A DNA stretch of 64,000 bases, taken from Pecten maximus (lineage: Eukaryota). The notes beneath the pieces are model-generated. The model worked only from the letters and a program-made list of their open reading frames with translations. It had not been told where the DNA came from and made no database searches. The stretch is taken from positions 36,456,001 to 36,520,000 of the forward strand of contig NC_047026.1 in NCBI RefSeq assembly GCF_902652985.1, in the 5' to 3' direction. How positions within the stretch are numbered: the stretch's first letter is position 1; each line of letters opens with the position of its first letter. Of the stretch, positions 52,164 through 64,000 are shown in pieces. The position numbers and the translations under genes were made by a program.

Positions 52164-53344
52164 ATACATGGGTCGCGTTTATCTAAATATATACGAGAAG
52201 AAGAGAAAATCGGACGGCGGAGAGTACTACCCGTAGTAATGCGGTCCCCGAGATTACTACACACTGTGATGAGGCTAATGTTGCTATGAAAAATGAATAC
52301 AGTTTTCGCCAATGCTTTCAAGCATACTCAATGTAAATATACATGTAGTAGCAATTACGTTTTCATTTTTTGGAATTCTAAAAGACTCGGGTTTTGAATA
52401 CTCGACTTTTTAAGCAACATTTTGGGCAAATTCTTGTGTGTGCATTAGTATTGATAGTATATATCTATGCGAGTGTATAAACACTCACACAAACACAGGA
52501 GGCGTATGATATGATAAAATCGGTCGTCTGGAAGATACTACCAAGTAAATACTCTGGGTAGTAAACCACGTAACAAACCATTAGACATACATTCCGATAT
52601 TTTTCATATGATGAAGTACATATGTACATTCCTGTAACATACTTGTATAATATCATACACGTACAGTTTTATGAATGAACCACTGTTTCTTCGACATTTG
52701 CATTTAACAGCAATACAGTATGTTGATATAACTCTACATAACAAATTAACAAGGGGATAACAATTTGGCAAGGCAATAACACCATTCAATAAAAATATCT
52801 TTGGTATACTTAAAATATACCGGGAGTACAAATAAACCGTATTACTATGCAATTTTCACTCCTTAATACCAAAATACATTTTCCAAACCCTTTGATCTCT
52901 AACGCTGGAAAATGGCAAGAGAATCTGTTTAAAATGTTGGTATGACCATTTCTAACATTTAATTGCGATTGTGGAAGAAGTGTTATTATAAAATGAAACG
53001 AATTGAATTTTTCTACACTTAACGATTTGAATACAGGATATAGATATTAGAATGATATCAGTGAACTTAAATACGGTATGGGGAAAATTGTGTCACAAAT
53101 CTAAATAAAGGGAGATAGAGGTTGTATAACTAACCGTTAATAGTACTTTTATCCTCGTAACAGACCAAAAAAAAATTCTTAACGTAGGCAAGCCTAGTTT
53201 TATCGGCAGTCTCAAATATTTGAGGCGAAAATGAGAAAAAAAGAAGCTGTTGAAGAACGTTACCATCCTAAAGTCATTAATACATACATTATGTATAAAA
53301 ATAACTCTTTTTTTCAGGTATTACTGAGCAAATGCGTGTGCTGG

Positions 53345-56300
53345 ATGTACCGTGTATATACCGTATAGGTATCGGTAGTGAGATGTACCGTGTATATACC
53401 GTATGAGTATCGGTAGCGAGATGTACCGTGTATATACCGTATAGGTATTGGTAGTGAGATGTACCGTGTATATACCGTATAGGTATCGGTAGTGAGATGT
53501 ACCGTGTATATACCGTATAGGTATCGGTAGTGAGACGTACCGTGTATATACCGTATAGGTACCGGTGGTGAGATGTACCGTGTATATACCGTATAGGTAT
53601 CGGTAGTGAGATGTACCGTGTATATACCGTATAGGTATCGGTAGTGAGATGTACCGTGTATATACCGTATAAGTATCGGTAATGAGATGTACCGTGTATA
53701 TACCGTATAGGTATCGGTAGTGAAATGTACCGTGTATATACCGTATGGGTGTCGGTAGTGAGATGTACCGTGTATATACCGTATAGGTATCGGTAGTGAG
53801 ATGTACCGTGTATATACCGTATAGGTATCGGTAGTGAGATGTACCGTGTATATACCGTATAGGTATTGGTAGTGAGATGTACCGTGTATATACCGTATAG
53901 GTATTGGTAGTGAGATGTACCGTGTATATACCGTATGGGTGTCGGTAGTGAGATGTACCGTGTATATACCGTATAAGTATCGGTAGTGAGATGTACCGTG
54001 TATATACCGTATAGGTATTGGTAGTGAGATGTACCGTGTATATACCGTATAGGTATTGGTAGTGAGATGTACCGTGTATATACCGTATAGGTAGTGAGAT
54101 GTACCGTGTATATACCGTATAAGTATCGGTAGTGAGATGTACCGTGTATATACCGTATGGGTGTCGGTAGTGAGATGTACCGTGTATATACCGTATAGGT
54201 ATCGGTAGTGTACCGTGTTTATACCGTATAGGTATCGGTAGTGAGATGTACCGTGTATATACCGTATAGGTATCGGTAGTGAGATGTACCGTGTATATAC
54301 CGTATAGGTATCGGTAGTGAGATGTACCGTGTATATACCGTATAGGTATCGGTAGTGAGAGGTACCGTGTATATACCGTATAGGTATCGGTAGTGAGATG
54401 TACCGTGTATATACCGTATAGGTATCGGTAGTGAGATGTACCGTGTATATACCGTATAGGTATCGGTAGTGAGATGTACCGTGTATATACCGTATAGGTA
54501 TTGGTAGTGAGATGTACCGTGTATATACCGTATAGGTATTGGTAGTGAGATGTACCGTGTATATACCGTATAGGTATCGGTAATGAGATGTACCGTGTAT
54601 ATACCGTATAGGTATTGGTAGTGTACCGTGTGTATACCGTATAGGTATCGGTAGTGAGATGTACCGTGTATATACCGTATAGGTATCGGTAGTGAGACGT
54701 ACCGTGTATATACCGTATAGGTACCGGTAGTGAGATGTACCGTGTTTATACCGTATAGGTATCGGTAGTGAGATGTACCGTGTTTATACCGTATAGGTAT
54801 CGGTAGTGAGATGTACCGTGTTTATACCGTATAGGTATTGGTAGTGAGATGTACCGTGTATATACCGTATAGGTATTGGTAGTGAGATGTACCGTGTATA
54901 TACCGTATAGGTATCGGTAGTGAGATGTACCGTGTATATACCGTATGGGTATTGGTAGTGAGATGTACCGTGTATATACCGTATAGGTATCGGTAGTGTA
55001 CCGTGTTTATACCGTATAGGTATCGGTAGTGAGATGTACCGTGTATATACCGTATAGGTATCGGTAGTGAGATGTACCGTGTATATACCGTATAGGTATC
55101 GGTAGTGAGATGTACCGTGTATATACCGTATAGGTATCGGTAGTGAGAGGTACCGTGTATATACCGTATAGGTATCGGTAGTGAGATGTACCGTGTATAT
55201 ACCGTATAGGTATCGGTAGTGAGATGTACCGTGTATATACCGTATAGGTATCGGTAGTGAGATGTACCGTGTATATACCGTATGGGTGTCGGTAGTGAGA
55301 TGTACCGTGTATATACCGTATAGGTATTGGTAGTGAGATGTACCGTGTATATACCGTATAGGTATTGGTAGTGAGATGTACCGTGTATATACCGTATAGG
55401 TATTGGTAGTGAGATGTACCGTGTATATACCGTATAGGTATCGGTAATGAAATGTACCGTGTATATACCGTATAGGTATTGGTAGTGTACCGTGTGTATA
55501 CCGTATAGGTATCGGTAGTGAGATGTACCGTGTATATACCGTATAGGTATCGGTAGTGAGACGTACCGTGTATATACCGTATAGGTACCGGTAGTGAGAC
55601 GTATCGTGTATATACCGTATAGGTATCGGTAGTGAGATGTACCGTGTATATACCGTATAGGTACCGGTAGTGAGATGTACCGTGTTTATACCGTATAGGT
55701 ATCGGTAGTGAGATGTACCGTGTTTATACCGTATAGGTATCGGTAGTAAGATGTACCGTGTTTATACCGTATAGGTATTGGTAGTGAGATGTACCGTGTA
55801 TATACCGTATAGGTATTGGTAGTGAGATGTACCGTGTATATACCGTATAGGTATCGGTAGTGAGATGTACCGTGTATATACCGTATGGGTATTGGTAGTG
55901 AGATGTACCGTGTATATACCGTATAGGTATCGGTAGTGAGATGTATCGTGTATGAGATGTACCGTGTAAATACCGTATAGGTGTCGGTAGTGAGATGTAC
56001 CGTCTATATACCGTATAGGTATTGGTAGTGAGATGTACCGTGTATATACCGTATAGGTATCGGTAGTGAGATGTACCGTGTATATACCGTATAGGTATCG
56101 GTAGTGAGATGTACCGTGTATATACCGTATAGGTATCGGTAGTGAGATGTACCGTGTATATACCGTATAAGTATCGGTAATGAGATGTACCGTGTATACA
56201 CCGTATAAGTATCGGTAGTGAGATGTACCGTGTATATACCGTACAGGTATTGGTGGTGAGATGTACCGTGTATATACCGTATAGGTATTGGTAGTGAGAT

Positions 56301-59300
56301 GTACCGTGTATATACCGTATAGGTATCGGTAATGAGATGTACCGTGTATACACCGTATAGGTATCGGTAATGAGATGTACCGTGTATATACCGTATAGGT
56401 ATCGGTAGTGAGATGTACCGAGTATATACCGTATAGGTATCGGTAATGAGATGTACCGTGTATATACCGTATAGGTATTGGTAGTGAGAGGTACCGTGTA
56501 TATACCGTATAGGTATCGGTAGTGAGATGTACCGTGTATATACCGTATAGGTATCGGTAGTGAGATGTACCGTGTATATACCGTATAGGTATCGGTAGTG
56601 AGATGTACCGTGTATATACCGTATGGGTGTCGGTAGTGAGATGTACCGTGTATATACCGTATAGGTATTGGTAGTGAGATGTACCGTGTATATACCATAT
56701 AGGTATTGGTAGTGAGATGTACCGTGTATATACCGTATAGGTATTGGTAGTGAGATGTACCGTGTATATACCGTATAGGTATCGGTAATGAAATGTACCG
56801 TGTATATACCGTATAGGTATTGGTAGTGTACCGTGTGTATACCGTATAGGTATCGGTGATGAGATGTACCGTGTATATACCGTATAGGTATCGGTAGTGA
56901 GACGTACCATGTATATACCGTATAGGTAACGGTAGTGAGATGTACCGTGTTTATACCGTATAGGTATCGGTAGTGAGATGTACCGTGTTTATACCGTATA
57001 GGTATCGGTAGTGAGATGTACCGTGTTTATACCGTATAGGTATTGGTAGTGAGATGTACCGTGTATATACCGTATAGGTATTGGTAGTGAGATGTACCGT
57101 GTATATACCGTATAGGTATCGGTAGTGAGATGTACCGTGTATATACCGTATGGGTATTGGTAGTGAGATGTACCGTGTATATACCGTATAGGTATCGGTA
57201 GTGAGATGTATCGTGTATGAGATGTACCGTGTAAATACCGTATAGGTGTCGGTAGTGAGATGTACCGTCTATATACCGTATAGGTATTGGTAGTGAGATG
57301 TACCGTGTATATACCGTATAGGTATCGGTAGTGAGATGTACCGTGTATATACCGTATAGGTATCGGTAGTGAGATGTACCGTGTATATACCGTATAGGTA
57401 TCGGTAGTGAGATGTACCGTGTATATACCGTATAAGTATCGGTAATGAGATGTACCGTGTATACACCGTATAAGTATCGGTAGTGAGATGTACCGTGTAT
57501 ATACCGTACAGGTATTGGTGGTGAGATGTACCGTGTATATACCGTATAGGTATTGGTAGTGAGATGTACCGTGTATATACCGTATAGGTATCGGTAATGA
57601 GATGTACCGTGTATACACCGTATAGGTATCGGTAATGAGATGTACCGTGTATATACCGTATAGGTATCGGTAGTGAGATGTACCGAGTATATACCGTATA
57701 GGTATCGGTAATGAGATGTACCGTGTATATACCGTATAGGTATTGGTAGTGTACCGTGTGTATACCGTATAGGTATTGGTAGTGAGATGTACTGTGTATA
57801 TACCGTATATGTATTGGTAATGAGATGTACCGTGTATATACCGTATAGGTATCGGTAGTGAGATGTACCGTGTATATACCGTATGGGTGTCGGTAGTGAG
57901 ATGTACCGTGTATATACCGTATAGGTATTGGTAGTGAGATGTACCGTGTATATACCGTATAGGTATCGGTAATGAGATGTACCGTGTATATACCGTATAG
58001 GTATTGGTAGTGTACCGTGTGTATACCGTATAAGTATCGGTAATGAGATGTACCGTGTATACACCGTATAAGTATCGGTAGTGAGATGTACCGTGTATAT
58101 ACCGTACAGGTATTGGTGGTGAGATGTACCGTGTATATACCGTATAGGTATTGGTAGTGTACCGTGTGTATACCGTATAAGTATCGGTAATGAGATGTAC
58201 CGTGTATACACCGTATAAGTATCGGTAGTGAGATGTACCGTGTATATACCGTACAGGTATTGGTGGTGAGATGTACCGTGTATATACCGTATAGGTATTG
58301 GTAGTGAGATGTACCGTGTATATACCGTATAAGTATCGGTAATGAGATGTACCGTGTATATACCGTATAAGTATCGGTAATGAGATGTACCGTGTATACA
58401 CCGTATAAGTATCGGTAATGAGATGTACCGTGTATATACCGTATAAGTATCGGTAATGAGATGTACCGTGTATATACCGTACAGGTATTGGTGGTGAGAT
58501 GTACCGTGTATATACCGTATAGGTATTGGTAGTGAGATGTACCGTGTATATACCGTATAGGTATCGGTAATGAGATGTACCGTGTATATACTGTATAGGT
58601 ATCGGTAGTGAGATGTACCGTGTATATACCGTATAGGTATCGGTAATGAGATGTACCGTGTATATACCGTATAAGTATCGGTAGTGAGATGTACCGTGTA
58701 TATACCGTATAGGTATCGGTAGTGAGATGTACCGTGTATATACCGTATAGGTATCGGTAATGAGATGTACCGTGTATATACCGTATACATGTAGGTATCG
58801 GTAGTGAGATGTACCGTGTATATACCGTATAGGTATTGGTAGTGAGATGTACCGTGTATATACCGTATAGGTATCGGTAGTGAGATGTACCGTGTATATA
58901 CCGTATAGGTATTGGTAGTGAGATGTACCTTGTATATACCGTATAGGTATCGGTAGTGAGATGTACCGTGTATATACCGTATAGGTATCGGTAGTGAGAT
59001 GTACCGTGTATATACCGTATAGGTATCGGTAGTGAGATGTACCGTGTATATACCGTATAGGTATCGGTAGTGAGATGTACCGTGTATATACCGTATAGGT
59101 ATCGGTAGTGAGATGTACCGTGTATATACCGTATAGGTATCGGTAGTGAGATGTACCGTGTATATACCGTATAGGTATCGGTAGTGAGATGTACCGTGTA
59201 TATACCGTATATAGGTATCGGTAGTGAGATGTACCGTGTATATACCGTATAGGTGTCGGTAGTGAGATGTACCGTGTCAATACCGTATAGGTATTGGTAA

Positions 59301-60105
59301 TGAGATGTACCGTGTATATACCGTATAGGTATCGGTAGTGAGATGTATCGTGTATATACCGTATAGGTATCGGTAGTGAGATGTACCGTGTATATACCGT
59401 ATAGGTATTGGTAGTGAGATGTACCGTGTATATACCGTATAGGTATTGGTAGTGAGATGTACCGTGTATATACCGTATAGGTATCGGTAGTGAGATGTAC
59501 CGTGTGTATACCGTATGGGTATCGGTAGTGAGATGTACCGTGTATATACCGTATAGGCGTCGGTAGTGAGATGTACCGTGTTTATACCGTATAGGCGTCG
59601 GTAGTGAGATGTACCGTGTTTATACCGTATAGGCGTCGGTAGTGAGATGTACCGTGTATATACCGTATAGGTGTCGGTAGTGAGATGTACCATGTATATA
59701 CCGTATAGGTATCGGTAGTGAGATGTACCGTGTATATACCGTATAGGTATCGGTAGTGAGATGTACCGTGTATATACCGTATAGGTATCGGTAGTGAGAT
59801 GTACCGTGTATATACCGTATAGGTATCGGTAATGAGATGTACCGTGTATATACCGTATAGGTATTGGTAGTGAGATGTACCGTGTATATACCGTATAGGT
59901 GTCGGTAGTGAGATGTACCGTGTATATACCGTATAGGTATTGGTAGTGAGATGTACCGTGTATATACCGTATAGGTATCGGTAGTGAGATGTACCGTGTA
60001 TATACCGTATAGGTATCGGTAGTGAGATGTACCGTGTATATACCGTATAGGTATCGGTAATGAGACGTACCGTGTATATACCGTATAGGTATCGGTAATG
60101 AGATA
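53345..60105. repeat. 38-bp minisatellite (GAGATGTACCGTGTATATACCGTATAGGTATCGGTAGT)n, ~6.8 kb, ~180 copies
   Basis: Period 38 (53581 to 53619). Explains the 38-aa-periodic minus-strand ORFs. Confidence 0.98.
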
Positions 60106-60164
60106 TGTGGTCTTAAAAACTCCGGTTATAAATCATGGGTGTACCGGACGTATACCGTATATGT

Positions 60165-60510
60165 AATCTGTCGTCTTATTGGTTATGAAATATGTCGTCT
60201 TATTGGTTATGAAATCTGTCGTCTTATTGGTTATGAAATCTGTCGTCTTATTGGTTATGAAATATGTCGTCTTATTGGTTATGAAATCTGTCGTCTTATT
60301 GGTTATGGAATCTGTCGTCTTATTGGTTATGGAATCTGTCGTCTTATTGGTTATGGAATCTGTCGTCGTATTGGTTATGAAATCTGTCGTCATATTGGTT
60401 ATGGAATCTGTCGTCTTATTGGTTATGGAATCTGTCGTCTTATTGGTTATGGAATCTGTCGTCTTATTGGTTATGGAATCTGTCGTCTTATTGGTTATGG
60501 AATCTGTCGA
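60165..60510. repeat. 24-bp minisatellite (AATCTGTCGTCTTATTGGTTATGR)n, ~14 copies
   Basis: Tandem unit read directly. Explains the (ICRLIGYG)n ORF. Confidence 0.96.
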
Positions 60511-60551
60511 CTTAAAACCTCCGGTCATAAATCATGGATGTACGGTTCGTA

Positions 60552-60759
60552 AAGGGCCACGGTGGCCGAGTGGTTAAAGTGTCCCGACGCTTTATTACTA
60601 GCCTTCCACCTCTAGGTTGTGAGTTCGAAACCCACGTGGGATATTTGCCTGGTGCTGACCATAGGTCGGTGGCTTTCCTCCACCTCCAAAACCTGGCACG
60701 TCCTTAAATGACCCTGGCTGTTAATAGGACGGTAAACAGAATTAACCAAACCAAACCAA
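60552..60759 (+). mobile_element. tRNA-derived V-type SINE (copy 3), internally deleted, with 12-bp TSD
   Basis: A and B boxes intact. About 20 bp of the V core are missing. (ACCAA)n tail. GTACGGTTCGTA at 60540-60551 and 60760-60771. Confidence 0.92.
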
Positions 60760-61080
60760 GTACGGTTCGTATGTATATATTGGCAATGAAATATGTCCTC
60801 TTTAAATTCTCTCAGATTATAAATCATATTATATGCCATTCATACCATTAAAACAATTCCCATACTTTTCATAACATTAAACATTAACATTAAACAAGTT
60901 TTTGCTCAATCCTTAACATCCATTCCGAAAAAAAAACTAAAACAAAAAACAAAACAAAAACTCATGTACCACTAGTCTTACTCATGCTTATGTGGGGTCT
61001 CTATTCTTAGAAAGGCGAACGTCACCACAAGTACCTGGTTGTGAGCTACACCGTGTACCAGTAGAAGTATACATCAACCT

Positions 61081-61320
61081 CATGTTGACGATATCTTTGT
61101 TAACATTTGAGTAAGATATTCTAAAACAGGAATCGAATACCCATAGGAACAAACTGTTTACCTTCGCTAAAATTGGCTAGTTCATTATAATAGGTAACAG
61201 TTACAGTACCAAGCCTGGCATTTTCTCTTTAAGATATATCGACGATGTGTCATCTTTAAATAAGAAATAAATGTTTTGTCATGTCAATCGGATTTACCCT
61301 TAACAATATGTAATCAGGAA
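61081..61320 (+). pseudogene. Decayed Penelope-like retroelement reverse transcriptase fragment
   Basis: Broken-frame motifs in the expected order: VDDIFV, IPIGTNCLP (61137 onward; cf. GIPMGTNCAP), RYIDDVSSLN (61232 onward; cf. RYIDDVLSLN) and VNRIYP. Stops and indels are present. Confidence 0.7.
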
Positions 61321-61856
61321 TTTCTGTCGTAATGATAATCCGAAGTTATTATATGTATATGCCACTTTATCACAGTAAAAAAAAACATTAAATATCAAAT
61401 CACAAATGTCCAAAATGTTATTTACAGAAAGCGTGCAACTAAGGTGCGTGATAGTTGCAATTTCCTTGTAAAAACAATAATAGATAGTAAAATAAAATCA
61501 AAAAGTGGCAGTGAATCTCGAGTAATGACTGTCGTACGTGATCGTAGGAGGCGACTAAAAGTAGCCAGAATCGGCTGTCCCCGTGGTGACAGTTGGCGTT
61601 TGTATCTTATTCTATTTCCTATCCATTCCTTCCTGTCTACTCTTTCTATGCTATTTTCTTTTTTGTCATTTATTGACCTCCACCCTTTTATATGATACGA
61701 ACTGTTAACCCATAAAACTCGTCCATGTATCACATTAAACGACGTCATCTTGTGTACACGCATCTCCACGTGTATACATTATAACGGGGAGTCTTTCCTA
61801 CACCTTATTATGAATTAATTTTAAGAAGAAGTATTTAAAATCGAAACATTGTTAAA

Positions 61857-62429
61857 TATTTCAATTTCTACTCAAGTTGGACTCAATGAAACTACCAAAA
61901 TTAATCTGTTTCATTTGCTCATGAATTTGACCAGATTAACACTGATCAGAGCGTATGAATACATGGTTAAAATCCTTCCGCAGAACGATTTCACTTTTTC
62001 TAGATTGTTGTTATAAACATGGAATTATCAAATTTATAATGTATTCTTGTATTTTATGAAAGACCAGATATGCTAAATACTTCTATTTTTACAAAATAAT
62101 GCTGTTTTCAATCCTAAAATTGCGGACTACTAGTATTTAACTCGACCGACTACACATGCAAAATCCGGAACCCCTCGGGCTTTTCCGCATGTAGACTTGC
62201 ACAAGCTTCGGCAGATTAATATCTAGACCGACTTTTTTATTCGAAAAAAAAAAAAACAATTGAAATATAAGGATTGAATCTTGATTTGGTCGATTTCATG
62301 GGGTCATGAATTGAGTTGCTCTTGAGACAAATTCAACATGAACTCCTTCGCAGTTCATTAAATTTGTCTCAAGAGCAACTCAATTCATGACCCCATGAAA
62401 TCGACCAAATCAAGATTCAATCCTTAAAT
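61857..62429 (-). mobile_element. Bipartite hairpin cassette (Crypton/Eulor-like), near-perfect and probably young
   Basis: 159-bp palindrome at 62268-62426 (TAAGGATTGAATC...GATTCAATCCTTA). The second module is bounded by TATTTCAATT (61857) and AATTGAAATA (62258-62267). TTAAAT direct repeat at both termini. Confidence 0.85.
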
Positions 62430-62794
62430 GAATTATTGTGCAACATGACATTTATATATTTATTTAAATGATGCCCATCGATTTTAGACACAGAAGACGA
62501 TACATGTACCAGAAGTGCTGAAATAAAGGTTCATTATCATTAAGACGGTTTTTTTTAGAAACAGGCCCACACGTATATCTACCTACTTATGTCTGACAAT
62601 GAGGTACTAGTAATAAAAGTCTACCTGTGACTGCCATATTCTGTAAATAGTTATTTTATTAATGGTTTGATGGAGTCCATTCCGTGTCGCCCACACTGAT
62701 TACTTACACGTGTATTGCACGCTGTGCAAGTCTGACTTGGGTCAACACGCCCAATGTTTACAAGTGAAGTATATGGCAGTAAAAACAGAGTCTG

Positions 62795-64000
62795 GGTGTC
62801 CGTATACAGTGATTGGGGGTCCGTATACAGTGTCTGTGGTCCGTATACAGTGTCTGTGGTCCGTATACAGTGTCTGTGGTCCGTATATATAGTGTCTGGT
62901 GTTCGTATACAGTGTCTTGGGGTCCGTATACAGTGTCTTGGGGTCCGTATACAGTGTCTGGTGTCAGTATACAGTGACTGGGGGTCCGTATACAGTGTCT
63001 GTGGTCCGTATACAGTGTCTGGTGTCCGTATACAGTGACTGGGGGTCCGTATACAGTGACTGGGGGTCCGTATACCGTGTCTGTGGTCCGTATATAGTGT
63101 CTGGGGGTCCGTATACAGTGTCTGGGGGTCCGTATACAGTGTCTGGTGTCCGTATACAGTGTCTGTGGTCCGTATATATAGTGTCTGGTGTCCGTATACA
63201 GTGTCTTGGGGTCCGTATACAGTGTCTTGGGGTCCGTATACAGTGTCTGGTGTCAGTATACAGTGACTGGGGGTCCGTATACAGTGACTGGAGGTCCGTA
63301 TACCGTGTCTTGGGGTCCGTATACAGTGTCTGTGGTCCGTATACCGTGTCTGTGGTCCGTATATAGTGTCTGGGGGTCCGTATACAGTGTCTGGTGTCCG
63401 TATACAGTGTCTGTGGTCCGTATATATAGTGTCTGGTGTCCGTATACAGTGTCTTGGGGTCCGTATACAGTGTCTTGGGGTCCGTATACAGTGTCTGGTG
63501 TCAGTTTACAGTGACTGGGGGTCCGTATACAGTGACTGGAGGTCCGTATACCGTGTCTTGGGGTCCGTATACAGTGTCTTGGGGTCCGTATACAGTGTCT
63601 GTGGGTGCGTATACAGTGACTGGGGTCCGTATACAGTGTCTGTGGGTGCGTATACAGTGACTGGGGGTCCGTATACAGTGTCTGGTGTCCGTATACAGTG
63701 ACTGGGGTCCGTATACAGTGTCTGTGGGTCCGTGTACAGTGTGTTGGGGTCCGTATACAGTGTCTTGGGGGTCCGTATACAGTGTCTTGGGGGTCAGTAT
63801 ACAGTGTCTGTGGTCCGTATATAGTGTCTGGGGTCCGTATACAGTGTCTGGTGTCCGTATACAGTGTGTTGGGGTCCGTATACAGTGACTGGGGGTCCGT
63901 ATACCGTGTCTTGGGGTCCGTATACGGTGTCTGGTGTCCGTATACAGTGTCTTGGAGTCCGTATGCAGTGTCTGGTGTCCGTATACAGTGTCTGGTGTCA
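62795..64000. repeat. 20-22-bp minisatellite (CCGTATACAGTGTCTGKKGT)n running off the window end
   Basis: Read directly. Marker units at 62881, 63170 and 63418 define a higher-order period. Confidence 0.96.

Noticed and set aside
55724-59693. 763-aa, 587-aa and other minus-strand ORFs
   Set aside because: The 38-bp unit has no minus-strand stop codon, so overlapping frames give the same 38-aa periodic peptide. This is a satellite artefact.

Overview
AT-rich animal (eukaryotic) non-coding DNA. The SINE, LINE and MITE types point to a bivalve mollusc, possibly a scallop (inference). There is no supportable intact protein-coding gene: every long ORF is a stop-free read-through of a minisatellite. 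About 28 kb of the 64 kb consists of roughly 17 mostly unrelated tandem arrays with units of about 20-70 bp. Between and inside them lie tRNA-derived SINEs (three V-type copies and one Meta-type copy sharing one 3' tail), a 5'-truncated CR1/L2-group LINE, a decayed Penelope-like RT relic and a PIF/Harbinger-like MITE. There are also at least seven bipartite hairpin cassettes of Crypton/Eulor-like architecture: a ~155-160 bp hairpin with TAAG...CTTA ends plus a second module bounded by TATTTACAT...ATGTAAATA. Their interiors are largely unrelated, but ends, length and a near-tip bulge are conserved, and at 50.8-52.2 kb they are stacked end-to-end and nested. This is the most system-like signal in the window. 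A few isolated splice-site-bounded micro-exon candidates suggest the window may be intronic or near gene 5' ends.
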